In this document: positions 23,880-35,300 of the stretch, one piece after another
Position numbering within the stretch: position 1 is the stretch's first letter
Layout of the letters: every line of letters starts with the position of its first letter
Notes under the pieces: model-generated
Databases searched by the model: none
Told to the model about the DNA's origin: nothing
What the model saw: the letters and a program-made list of their open reading frames with translations, nothing else
Made by a program: the position numbers and the translations under genes
NCBI GenBank assembly: GCA_950097015.1
Contig: CATNEN010000038.1
Coordinates: 18,910,001-18,974,000, forward strand
DNA: 64,000 bases
Origin: Macrostomum hystrix
Taxonomy: Eukaryota > Animalia > Platyhelminthes
Direction of reading: 5' to 3'

Positions 23880-26800
23880 ATGTCCATCAGCTTAACAGAC
23901 GGCTCAACTGCTTCTATTCTTGATGCCGATGCAGCGTATAATGCCCGCCGCAGCATACGATGCTACTCAGTTTCATCCGAGTTAGAAGACTTTGCTCTGC
24001 ACAAGCTAGTCAACATGCTCAGCCACCTGCCTGGCAGGAAGCCGGCCCACCTAGGACTGCAATCGGCCCAACTATTAAAGCATTTGTTTACTGTTATGCC
24101 TCAGTCGGATGTTCACCAGTTGGAGCTCATGAACTTGGCGCGCGCTGAACCGGCGCCAGAAGTAGCGTTGGCTGTTCGTCTGTCTAATCTAGTTCTAACA
24201 ACAAGTCAGTGCCACCTCGGCTTCTTGCATGCCAGCTTGTGCCTAGCAAGGCCCCCTAAATCCAAGACAAGCCTAGTAAGCAGCATCTGGTCTAACCGAA
24301 GTAGGACTGGCAAGTCGCCGCCATTGCCGTCCGCTGCTTCCTCATCATCTGCCGCTTCCGAAAGCCATCCTGGTGATGAGCACTCGGGCATTCAGCGATC
24401 TGTGCGTGTTAAGCCGCGCATCGATCATCTATCTAATGCTGTGTGGCAGTTCGATCAAGTATTTGTGTTTCGCGATTTAGACAGCAAGGCATCTAGCTTG
24501 GATATAGTCTTCTACTCTGATCAACAGCCTTCGCTGCGTCGTACTGGATCGCTGACTTCATCCAGTTCATCTGGTGATTCGGCTAGTAACTTCGTTTGCT
24601 GCGCCAGCATCCCATTGAAAGACATCACTTGTAGGGGACTCAAAGATACAAGCTTTGATGCCCTACTTGGCAATCGGCCTAGCAATGGGCGAGCGAAGAC
24701 AATTGGAACGTGCACTGTAGATATTAGCTTCATATTCGCTAACTCAATTACTCAAGAAATCGCACCAGCTGAAGCTGACTGCTGCACTGTTCCAATAACG
24801 TATGCCCAGCTCTATGATCTATTGTACACTCGCGTACTCTTATTTGAGAATCGCAAGATGTCAATCGGCTCTGATCCAAATGCGGTTCAGCGTTCCTACG
24901 CTCATTTTCTAGACAATTTTTCTGCTGCCTCCAAAAATCTGCTGTCAGTGATCGAATCAGTGACCTATTTTTCATCTCTGGAGACTAAGCTATTCCGACT
25001 TGTTCGATGCCTGCATGCAATTTTAGAGAGGCGGTTAGTAGACAATGACGCCTTTGTTCGCGATCAGGTTGCTGCACTGAAGCTAGAAACTATGCACTAT
25101 CCTCCAGGCACCAGTCAGGCTCAAGCTGTAATTTCTAGCCTGCGTCACTTCGACATATCTGCTTTATTTACTGTCGTGGATTTGTACATCAACTACAAGC
25201 TGCAGGATATTGGCAGTCTACCTAGCATTGTTCCCACTACAGAGGCTAACTTTCTTATTTGGCGGTCCAGGCTGGCAGGCATCATTGATCTACTTAATCT
25301 CGAGCATTTTTTCACCTCAATCGTTGATTTAGATCAGAAAATGTCGGCAAAGGCTCAACTGGTAAATAAGCTGACTCAAAGAATCCAGTCCGATGCAAAA
25401 AACAGCTTTCAGCGCTCAATCGGTGAGTTGAAGTGTCAGCAACACAAGGAACTAGTGCTACAGGACATTGACAAGACTATTTCAGTATTGGAAGACCTGT
25501 ATAAATCAATCGAGGATGGTGCCTACATTGATGACTATTTTCGCGAGCAGATAGGTGTTTCTTTTCGAAAGATTGTAGTTTTCTCAACTGACTCGCTAAT
25601 CATGGCTCACACCAGACAGCTAATGGTTTTGCTAAACGAATATCAAAGTCGTTATCGCAATTTTATGGCAAACATAACTGACAGTAGCAAGCGTTCACTT
25701 AAGCTCTACCTGACAATTAAGCGGCTTACTACGATTTGTCGAACTTTCATTTCTGAACGGGAAATTTTCAAGGTATCACTTTGCAACTTGACTGAGTGTT
25801 TTTCAGAAGCCTCGATTTTTTGGTTGCAAACTTTTAAGGTACAGAGTCAGTTTCGCATTAGCAGAGCCCTTGAAATCGAAAAGGATATTGTCGAAATCGA
25901 TTCCATTGTCAAAATATCCAATTCTGTGGTCGACGTGCTCAGTGTATTTCAGAAGATAATCTCTGAATGGAACGAGATTGACCTTGTAAGTTGTCTTGAC
26001 AACGTTTTCGGCACTCTGAAGATGACCGACTGCATTTGTGATGGAATATGCTTTTACGCGAAAAAGGTTTGCGATATCCTTGAAGCCAACTCCTTGTTCG
26101 ACAGGCGTGGCCAGCAGTTTGATGTCAGTGATCAACTGTGCATTTCTCTGAATAATATGGAGCACGCAAGAAAGTTCTTGCACAATTTGCCTTCCGAATT
26201 TCTTTGGGAAGAAGCACTCGAAAAAGTTGTCGTTCCTGGGGGTGATGTGGTTGATCTGAGGCAACAGTTTGTTCAAGCAATGGAGTCGGTCATAGAGGAC
26301 GCCAACGATGATGTTCTACTGAAGTGTCGCAAAATTGAACATCAAGTAGCCGAGAGACTGCACCGTGACGTACTAAAGCACACGCTGTTTTTCACCCGAA
26401 CCGAACCGGATAAGCGCGGCTCGATTGACGGCCTATTGGGTTATCTTAACACCAATCTCAGCATGCTGTCTGACAAATTAGAAGAGACTATTTGTCCTCG
26501 GATGCTCAGTGCCGTCTGGTCTGGCGTTCTGTCCGCTTTCTCCGACACACTTCTATCTGGTGAAAAGCCTGGCTACTACGAGATGATGTTGAAGCACATG
26601 ACCTCCGTGAAGTCATTCTTTCTACATCGCGGCCTTTGTGAAGATATTCTTACTGGAGACTCTCGATATTTTTTCCTCACTGAAATTCTCTCTCAAAATT
26701 CAAAGCCAACGGAGCGTCTTCTTCTTGAGTATTATTCCAAATTGATCCATTCAAGCATGGGTACGCCTAGTAACTACCTAGGTCACCTAACCATCAAAGC

Positions 26801-27569
26801 CGGCTTGTGCCGCGAGGCAAAAGGTATGCTGTCGTTAAGGTGTTTAATTGTCGATTGCAAAAATCTCCCTGGCCTTGATCGCAACCTGCTAAGCGACCCG
26901 TATGTCACTGCTTACCTAAAGCCAGAAACTATGTTTACTGCCAGATCTCAGTATCGCACTCCTATTATGCAGCAAACAACCAATCCTGTTTTCTTATACA
27001 GCTTTACGGCGTCCAGCATTCCTCACGAATTTCTCGGCGAGAAAGGCTGCTGTTTGCACTTTCTAGTGATGGATCACGAGTACTTAAGGCAAGACAGGTG
27101 CATCGGCGAAGTATTTTTTTCGCTTTCGGATTTCGATGAAATTTCTCCTAGCCTGTCTTGGGATGCCTACCCGGCTTTTATGAAATCAATCCGACGACCG
27201 TCAATGTTCGTACATCCGATCAGCGAGGAGATTGTTAGCCAGAGATCTCACTGGGATCGAGCGGCCGACCGGTTTACCAACTCGCGTATGTACCTTCACA
27301 GTCGATGTTCCAGCATTCGGTCCCAACAGTCTAGACGGTCTTCATCAGTATTTTCATTCCGTCGAACCTACGATCAGAGCAACGGAGCAGAAGACTCTTG
27401 CGACTGTGAGGAACAGCAACAGCAGCAGCAGCTGAAAGCTGATAAATGGCAGACAACTTTGTCTAGCATTGTGAACGAAGTTTTAGACATTGCTGAGACG
27501 ACAGTTTGTTGTAATCAGACTCCAGTTGGTGGTGCCGCTGCAACTAGTGTCAGTGCGGTGACTGGTTAA
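23880..27569 (+). CDS. BAIAP3/Munc13-4 (UNC13D)-like C2-MUN-C2 vesicle-priming protein, intronless CDS
   Basis: One uninterrupted ORF, first ATG at 23880. MUN-region motifs RISRALEIEKD..IDSIVKISNSVVDV, LCISLNNMEH and LLGYLNTNLSML. C-terminal C2 domain NLPGLDRNLLSDPYV..L.P...TTNPVF...LHFLVMDHEY..QDRCIGEVF. Degenerate N-terminal C2. Confidence 0.85.
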   Translation: MSISLTDGSTASILDADAAYNARRSIRCYSVSSELEDFALHKLVNMLSHLPGRKPAHLGLQSAQLLKHLFTVMPQSDVHQLELMNLARAEPAPEVALAVRLSNLVLTTSQCHLGFLHASLCLARPPKSKTSLVSSIWSNRSRTGKSPPLPSAASSSSAASESHPGDEHSGIQRSVRVKPRIDHLSNAVWQFDQVFVFRDLDSKASSLDIVFYSDQQPSLRRTGSLTSSSSSGDSASNFVCCASIPLKDITCRGLKDTSFDALLGNRPSNGRAKTIGTCTVDISFIFANSITQEIAPAEADCCTVPITYAQLYDLLYTRVLLFENRKMSIGSDPNAVQRSYAHFLDNFSAASKNLLSVIESVTYFSSLETKLFRLVRCLHAILERRLVDNDAFVRDQVAALKLETMHYPPGTSQAQAVISSLRHFDISALFTVVDLYINYKLQDIGSLPSIVPTTEANFLIWRSRLAGIIDLLNLEHFFTSIVDLDQKMSAKAQLVNKLTQRIQSDAKNSFQRSIGELKCQQHKELVLQDIDKTISVLEDLYKSIEDGAYIDDYFREQIGVSFRKIVVFSTDSLIMAHTRQLMVLLNEYQSRYRNFMANITDSSKRSLKLYLTIKRLTTICRTFISEREIFKVSLCNLTECFSEASIFWLQTFKVQSQFRISRALEIEKDIVEIDSIVKISNSVVDVLSVFQKIISEWNEIDLVSCLDNVFGTLKMTDCICDGICFYAKKVCDILEANSLFDRRGQQFDVSDQLCISLNNMEHARKFLHNLPSEFLWEEALEKVVVPGGDVVDLRQQFVQAMESVIEDANDDVLLKCRKIEHQVAERLHRDVLKHTLFFTRTEPDKRGSIDGLLGYLNTNLSMLSDKLEETICPRMLSAVWSGVLSAFSDTLLSGEKPGYYEMMLKHMTSVKSFFLHRGLCEDILTGDSRYFFLTEILSQNSKPTERLLLEYYSKLIHSSMGTPSNYLGHLTIKAGLCREAKGMLSLRCLIVDCKNLPGLDRNLLSDPYVTAYLKPETMFTARSQYRTPIMQQTTNPVFLYSFTASSIPHEFLGEKGCCLHFLVMDHEYLRQDRCIGEVFFSLSDFDEISPSLSWDAYPAFMKSIRRPSMFVHPISEEIVSQRSHWDRAADRFTNSRMYLHSRCSSIRSQQSRRSSSVFSFRRTYDQSNGAEDSCDCEEQQQQQQLKADKWQTTLSSIVNEVLDIAETTVCCNQTPVGGAAATSVSAVTG

Positions 27570-28313
27570 TTTACGAGCATTACTTACTATTTGACGAATT
27601 TTATGCACGAATGTTCATTTAACATAGGATATGCTTGTGTAAATTCATTTTATTTTCTGTGCTGTTAGTTTATTTTACTAGAATTAATTCGTATGCTTTT
27701 TGCTCATTACGGTCAAATCAGTCCTAGATTGTATGAAAGACAGAAAGTCGATCTAATATAGGGCAAGCTAACCAATATCTTATTCGATTCAATTAGTTTT
27801 TAAGTTTTCTTGTTTATTTCATTTTCATTTACGCTATACCTATTTAGTAATTACATTTTACGATTTAGTTTTTTTCAATTAAGCGCGCTTTGATCGTCAA
27901 GTTATCTTTTGACCAAAATTCACTATCACTTTGCAATTATATCAATAAATCAACTTAGCTTGGATCAATAACTAAATGGTTCAAGCATCACACTCGAGTT
28001 TCTAATTGTTTAAAGTTTACCTGCTTTATTTTATATGAACGCAAAAAACGACCTGAAGGGTAGTTGCTGTAAAGTAAAAAAATGACAATTTTTTGTCAAC
28101 AGCTTAGAGTGGTGGAATGACTCAGACTATTGCGAGAGCTTGACTTTTCGAGAGAAATTTTTTATCAACAATTACTCGTGAGTATATATTATAAGACCCA
28201 CAGAATTTCTAGCTGATAAAAATGTCACATTCTGTTTATATTTCAGTCTGCGCAGTGAAGTTGACCATTTAATTCCAACGTAGCTATAAACGCAGTCCAC
28301 TAGACAGGCAATC

Positions 28314-29399
28314 ATGGCGATGCTAGCTGAACCTAGGCGCAAAGTTCGCTACACAGTCAATCCAACAGGCAAGGATTGGCGCCAGAACGGAGACAGTAGC
28401 CAGTTCGGCCAGCGCATGCTGCACAGTATGGGCTGGCAGGAGGGCCTCGGCCTAGGGAAAGACTGTCAGGGCGCCGTTGAGCCGATCCGGGTGCGCCGGA
28501 AGAACGATCAGCGCGGAGTTGGCTGCTCGGGAGCCTACGCGGCCGAGTCCATGCAGCAGACTGACGAGTTCGCTAATTTGCTCAGTCAGCTAAACGCGGA
28601 GCACAATGGCGCTAGCGAAGGCAATAACGATACCAGCAGTGGTGCCGTCAGTCTTGAAGCGAAGTCGCGCGCATCAAAAGCTCGCCTGCATTATCACCGA
28701 TTCACTCGCGGAAAGGACGTCTCCGCCTATGGTAGTAAAGCGCTGGCTTGCATTTTTGGTACAAGAACTTCTCAGACTGCGAAAACTGATGCCGTCAATG
28801 ATGCTGATCAAGATATCAAAGAAGAAAAGGAAAGAGACGGTGATTTCGATTCCGCCCCAGCTGTTGGTCTGGGCTTCGGTGGCGCCAAGTCATTGTCGCA
28901 TTCTAACAGCGAATCGTGCTTAACAGGCTCGTCAAATCCCGAGCCAATCAGCAACGGCCTGCATCTAGTTCAGAGTCAGACCTCGCTGCAGGATTATTTT
29001 CGAGTTAAAATGTTGCAACGCCAGATGAAACAGCAGCAGCAGCAGCCACTAGTTGAGACTCAGCCAGAGCCAGTAGCGGACCAATCAGAGAGCCAGTCCT
29101 CATGGACCAGCGAATCCAGCTGCAGTGCCGCCAGCACTCTGCTATCCGATGCGGAGCCGTCTAACCAGTCGCGCTCTGAGAGCTGTCAGCCAAAGTCAGC
29201 TAAGCGAGTCTGCTTCAGCCTATCGCCAGCACCTGTAGAATCATCATCTGCCGCTGACAGAGTCAACATCAAAGTCCAAGATAATGATAGCAGCAGTTTC
29301 TGTGACAATGAGGTATCTGATGATGGCATGACGGTCATTGATTTTTTTCAGTTCCCTGGCAGCGAGATGCAACGCATACTGGGCTATGTGTACTATTAA
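28314..29399 (+). CDS. PINX1: PinX1 / G-patch telomerase-inhibitor and ribosome-biogenesis factor, intronless CDS
   Basis: Conserved N-terminus MAMLAEPRRK, G-patch FGQRMLHSMGWQEGLGLGK...RGVG, and the motif SLEAKSRASKARLHYHRFTRGKDVSAY...LACIFG. Confidence 0.88.
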   Translation: MAMLAEPRRKVRYTVNPTGKDWRQNGDSSQFGQRMLHSMGWQEGLGLGKDCQGAVEPIRVRRKNDQRGVGCSGAYAAESMQQTDEFANLLSQLNAEHNGASEGNNDTSSGAVSLEAKSRASKARLHYHRFTRGKDVSAYGSKALACIFGTRTSQTAKTDAVNDADQDIKEEKERDGDFDSAPAVGLGFGGAKSLSHSNSESCLTGSSNPEPISNGLHLVQSQTSLQDYFRVKMLQRQMKQQQQQPLVETQPEPVADQSESQSSWTSESSCSAASTLLSDAEPSNQSRSESCQPKSAKRVCFSLSPAPVESSSAADRVNIKVQDNDSSSFCDNEVSDDGMTVIDFFQFPGSEMQRILGYVYY

Positions 29400-30082
29400 C
29401 TTTAATTTTAGCTGCTTTATTAAGTTTAGTAAAGTAGTTTGTTAGAATTTGAATGGCACTCGTGTACCTACAGGTACTTGTCCTCCTTGCTGTTGGCTCT
29501 TGCGATTTTGTCTACAGGGCGTTGTCAATAAATAGCAATTATATGCCATCGTTTCTATGGCGATGGCGTTTGTTACCATGCCAACTGTCAGGTCTGTGCT
29601 TTGCGATAATTGCGAGTCGATAATAGTGCAGAATTGCCTCAGTTTTCAAAGTTTATTTGCATGCAGCTACAGGGCCTAAAAGCGGGGGTCGAACCTAGCG
29701 CTCGCAGGCCGTCCTGATTGATTTATTGAGTGCTTGTATAAAATTATTTAACAGTAGGAAGATCGCGCTTTTTTCCCCTTGGGAAATTTCCACTCTTAAT
29801 AACGATGAACTAAATTGTTCAAGTCGTCCGACGTCAGCATCGTCGAGATATTCAGCGATTCTTGTCGAAGAGCCTGATGACAAGGACAGCTAAAATTGCG
29901 CCGTAAAAACATCCTGTTGTGTATCTGTTTTGATTTAATAATATAATTGTGTCAAGTATTTACACAGACGGCTAATTAGAAGAGATTGGGCCACATCCAA
30001 GCAGTTATAAAAAATACTATTTGGATTCAAAGTGAAAGTACTATCGGGACGCCTTGCTATCGGGACAAACAAGACTAATCTA

Positions 30083-31388
30083 CGAGGGTTGTGTCATAAA
30101 TTCGCTGACAACTGCAGATATCACAGAAACAAAACAAAGAACAGCTAATTGTCAACATTGCACTTCTCAACATCCCCAAGCTGCACACATTCGTGCCATC
30201 TCTCTGGCAGCTTGCTGATGCCCTGGGCGAAGAATTCGGTGGGGGTCCCTCGTACCCACTGGCTGATGGCCGAGCTGAGTGCAGAAAGGCTTCCATAGCG
30301 ATGGCCACGAAGAGGCTCTTTTATTTTAGGGAACAACCAGTAGTCACTGGGGGCCAGGTCCGGAGATTAGGCAGGGTGAGGCAGCAACTCGAAGCCTAGT
30401 CTCCTGATGATATCCATAGTTGCATTGCAGGTATGCGGCCTGGCGTTGTCCTGCTGCAGCACAATGCCCCTGGTGATCCTTCGCCGGCGCTCACTCTCGA
30501 TCTTCTCACGCAGCCGCTCCAATATTTCACAGTAGTACTGGGCATTGATGGTTCTGCCTTCAGGTAGCCACTCGATCAGCAAGATGCCTTCTCTGTCCCA
30601 GAACACGGTGGCCATGCGCTTACCTGCTGACTGCACTGCCTTGGCCTTGACCGGTGGGGGTTCGTGAGTAGCCTTCCAGACGCTGCTCTGCCGTTTCGTT
30701 TCTGGTTCGTAGAAGTGAAACCACGTTTCATCACCAGTCACCAGGCGGCCAAGAAAGTCGGGCTCGTTTTGATAGGCGTTGAGTAGGTGGCGGCACATCT
30801 GGACCCTCTCTTGCAGTTGGACAGGAGTCAGCAGTTTAGGGACCCATCGTGCAACAACTCGTGTCATATGCAGATGGTCGGAGATGATGCAATGAATGCT
30901 CTTCATTGGTATCTCCAACAAGTCCTCTAACTGCCTCAGGGTTGCTCCACGATCATCGTCCAGGGCATGCTGCACACGCTGGATGTTGTCACTGGAAGTG
31001 GATGACCGCGGTGCACCTGGGCGTGGAGCATCATCAACTGTTTCCCAGCCGTCCTCAAAGCGCTGCATCCACTTTGACACAGTTTGTTTCGAAGGTGCAT
31101 CCTCGCTAAAGATTTGCAGCAGCTCACGGTAAATATCAGCCTGCTTCTTCTGCTGCTTCCACAAAGACCAAAAGACAGTGCGCTTGGTAGCTTCACTTTT
31201 CTCCATACTGGATAAAAGGGTGGTTTGAATGCCACTCGATTTCTGCCTTGTCTCAAAAGCCAGAGGGAAGATTTTCCATAGACAATAAGATCGATGGTGC
31301 CTTAGTCTGTATAAAAACATTCTGCCCCAAAGTGCAAAGGAAACAGACGCTATGTAAGTTTGTCAGCGAATTTATGACACAACCCTCT
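30083..31388 (-). mobile_element. Full-length mariner (D,D34D) DNA transposon, 1306 bp
   Basis: 29-bp TIRs CGAGGGTTGTGTCATAAATTCGCTGACAA at 30083-30111 and 31360-31388, with one terminal mismatch. TA target duplication at 30081-82 and 31389-90. Confidence 0.95.
30145..31206 (-). pseudogene. Mariner transposase interrupted by one in-frame stop
   Basis: HTH N-terminus, WVPKLL, GDETW, QDNARPH, then HPA*SPDLAPSDY: a TAA at 30367-30369 replaces the Tyr of YSPDL. The frame continues to 30145. Confidence 0.92.
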
Positions 31389-32340
31389 TACAATGCATCT
31401 TGAAAAAAAAGAATATGTAGCAGTTTTGTGAACAGATATAAGTTCTCGTAAAGCTTATACGTCGGGGGGCCAAAACAAAGATGCTGTTTATAATTGTTTA
31501 TTTTTTTATTAGTTAGTTTCGCAGAAAGTAGAAGCACTGATCACCGTGATTGGACAATTAATATGGATATAAATAATATGGGGTTGCATAAATTTGAAAA
31601 CCACCTGATTAATTATCTGACTACAGCAAAGATCTTTCTGTCCCAAGTCTCTAGCAGACAATAGGCACAGGGCGCTTGCTTACAAGTAATATAGCTAGTG
31701 CACATCGTAACCATGGCAGATTATGAAGCGTATGATTGTAGGATTGCGCAAAATCTCTAGACGATGCCTAAAACACCAATGCAAAGATTTTGCTAATCAT
31801 CGACCTAGAAAAAGCTGAAAAAAAACTGGATAGACAATAGAATAGAAGAAAGTACGCGAAAAAGAACAAAAGTTAAGAAGCACACAAGTGAATATTAACT
31901 GGTATAGCTAAGGAAGCAGCAATGCAGCTTTAGATTCTAAAGTAAATAGTACACTGTATGGAGCGCCACTATTCGCATTTTTGGGGTCAATGCGAAAAGT
32001 GCTGTCGTAGTCAGAAAATAGTTTTTTTAATTAACAAAACAAATTACTACCTAGCTATTCTACTTATCAGTAGCAAGATGTGTACAGTAGCGCTATTTTT
32101 TACTATAACCCAAAACCATTTTCTGACATTTTCTAACGATGAGTGAATTAGGAAAGCAAGCAAAAAAAGCTGCGTAAAATATGAAGCAGCAATTAATTAA
32201 ACAAAACGTCTAACGGATTTTGCTCAACAGAAAGAAAGAAACCAGATGTGCTTAAGACAGGTAGTTTTTAGTTTTGAAAAAAGTCAAATTCAACCATCGA
32301 CCATCATGGAACCGTGAAAACTCTCTGTTTCATTTGCAAT

Positions 32341-35300
32341 CTACTTGGCTTCGGCGCCACTTTTTTCAACCACCGGCGGCGGCTTAACAAACGGTATTTT
32401 CTCGCGATACTTCGCCGGCATCAGGTGACGAATAGCCTCGGGCACGCGGATACCGTCTGCTTCTTGGCCGTTCTCCAAGATGGCGCAGATGGCGCGTGTT
32501 GTGGCGCACATTGTACAGTTCAGCATGTGTACATACTGTGACTCGCCATCGAGCTTCTTGGTCTGGCCGAAGCGAACCTATCAGTCAGATTGTGTGGATT
32601 GGATGCATGAATGGGCGGAACTGATTATTTGGCGAGTAAAAATAAGTGATTGACAGGCTGAGAATATGTGAATGACAGGTTGAAAATTGTGAATGACAGG
32701 CTGATAATATGTGAATGACAGGCTGAAAATAAGTGATTGACAGGCTGAGAATGTGATTGACAGGCTGAAAATATGTTAATGACAGGCTGAAAAAATGTGA
32801 ATGACAGGTTGAAAAGAAGTGAATGAGAAAGGAAAGGGAGTGAATGAGGACTAGAAAAGAGTGAATGAGGAGCGGAGTTAATCAGGAATGGGCGCACCTG
32901 CAAGCTCCTAGCCTGATAGTCGGTGCAGTTGCTGCAGGACACCAGCTCGCGGAAGGCTCCACTGCCGGGGAACCAGCCCTCTAGGTCGTATTTAATGGCG
33001 GCGGCGTTGTTCAACTCGCCGGAGACGATGCTTACCACCCGGTAGGGAATTCCCAGCCGCTGATAAAAAGCCTCGGCGTTGGCCATCATGGCGGCAAACA
33101 TCGCCTCGGAGGCGCCATCTAGCGGGCTAGTGATGCAGAATTGTTCAACCTTGTGAAACTGGTGCACCCGAAAGATGCCGCGCGTGTCCCGGCCGTGCGA
33201 GCCGACCTCCTGGCGGAAGCAGGCGCTGACGCCGGCGTATTTCAAGGGCAGGCTGGCCGGGCTGAGCCATTCGTCGCGATGAAAAGCGGCAATCGGCTGC
33301 TCGGAGGTGGCGATGAGATATTTCTCTTCTAGTTCGGCGTCGCCTTTGACGTCGCTGCGCTTACCGACAACCTTGTAAAGCTCTTCGTCGAACTGGTTCA
33401 GCTGGGCTACGGCCTGTGTTAAGTGCGTGTTTCAACAGTATTTTAAACGAATTAAATTTATTTGTCCCATATTGGACATGGGATGTGAAAATCAGCTTTG
33501 TTCATCAGGATCTGATAATCCCCCTAGTCATTACAGGATCTGAGAATACCCTAGTCATTACAGGATCTGATAATCCCCTAGTAATTACAGGATCTGAAAA
33601 TCCATCAAGTTTTACAGGATCTGGGATCTGATAATCGGTATATACTAGTTTTACCTGATCTGGAATACAATAATCCGCCTAGACATTATAGTATCTGGGA
33701 TCTGATAATCCCCCTAGTTTTACAGGATTTGGGATCTGGTAATCCCCCCTAGTTTTAACGGATCTGGAATCTGATAATCCGACTAGTTTTACAGGATGTG
33801 GGATCTGATAATCCGACTAGTTTTACAGGATCTGGGATCTGATAATCCGACTAGTTTTAAAGGATCGGGAATCTGATAATCCGACTAGTTTTACAGGATG
33901 TGGGATCAGATAATCCGACTAGTTTTACAGGATGTGGGATCTGATAATCCGACTAGTTTTACAGGATCTGGGATCTGATAATCCGACTAGTTTTAAAGGA
34001 TCGGGAATCTGATAATCCGACTAGTTTTACAGGATGTGGGATCAGATAATCCGACTAGTTTTACAGGATCTGGGATCTGATAATCCGACTAGTTTTACAG
34101 GATCTGGGATCTGATAATCCGACTAGTTTTACAGGATGTGGGATCTGATAATCCGACTAGTTTTACAGGATCTGGGACCTGATAATCCGACTAGATTTAC
34201 AAAATCTGGGATCTGATAATCCGACTAGTTTTACAGGATCTAGGATGTGATGATCTATCTAATCTTTTTATTCTTATCTCAATCAATTGATCCAGGGTGA
34301 GGTCTAGGATAATTGATGCACCTGCATGGCGTCCTTTCGCATAAAATAGGGCGTCAATAGAGCTTCGTATCCTTCGTCAAGTAGCATGTGCAGGCCAAAT
34401 TGCATCAGCGCCTGTTCCAGGAACACGCAGGGACCTTTCAGATAGTAGCCCCGACCGCCGGCAGTTCTAGTGCCGCGCTCTCCATCGAATCCGTCAATCA
34501 TGGCTACTAGATCGACGTGCGAGTATTGGTAGCGGGTGGTCACATCGCCATGCTGCCTGATGATGGCATTGTTGTCCTGTAGACGAATATGGCCGCTTGT
34601 AATTAGCTTAGATTTTTACTAATCTCTCTTCATGTTATGCCTTAACGTCCGTCCTCTCATCGTTCTATCATTGTTTTCCTAAACCTAACTCCCATCCAAT
34701 CATTATTCTCTGAAACTCAACTCCCATCCAATCATTATTCTCCCAAACTCAACTCCCATCCAATCATTGTTCTCCCAAACTCAACTCCCATCCAATAATT
34801 GCTCTCCCAAACTTAACTCCCATCCAATAATTGCTCTCCCAAACTCAACTCCCATCCAATCATTGCTCTCCCAAACTCAACTCCCATCCAAACATTGTTC
34901 TGCCAAACTTAACTCCCATCCAAACATTGTTCTGCCAAACTCAACTCCCATCCAATCATTGTTCTCCCAAACTCAACTCCCATCCAATAATTGCTCTCCC
35001 AAATTTAACTCCCATCCAATCATTGCTCTCCCAAACTTAACTCCCATCCAATCATTGCTCTCCCAAATTTAACTCCCATCCAATCATTGCTCTCCCAAAC
35101 TCAACTCCCATCCAATCATTGTTCTCCCAAACTTAACTCCCATCCAATAATTGCTCTCCCAAATTTAACTCCCATCCAATCATTGCTCTCCCAAACTCAA
35201 CTCCCATCCAATCATTGTTCTCCCAAACTCAACTCCCATCCAATAATTGCTCTCCCAAATTTAACTCCCATCCAATCATTGCTCTCCCAAACTTAACTCC

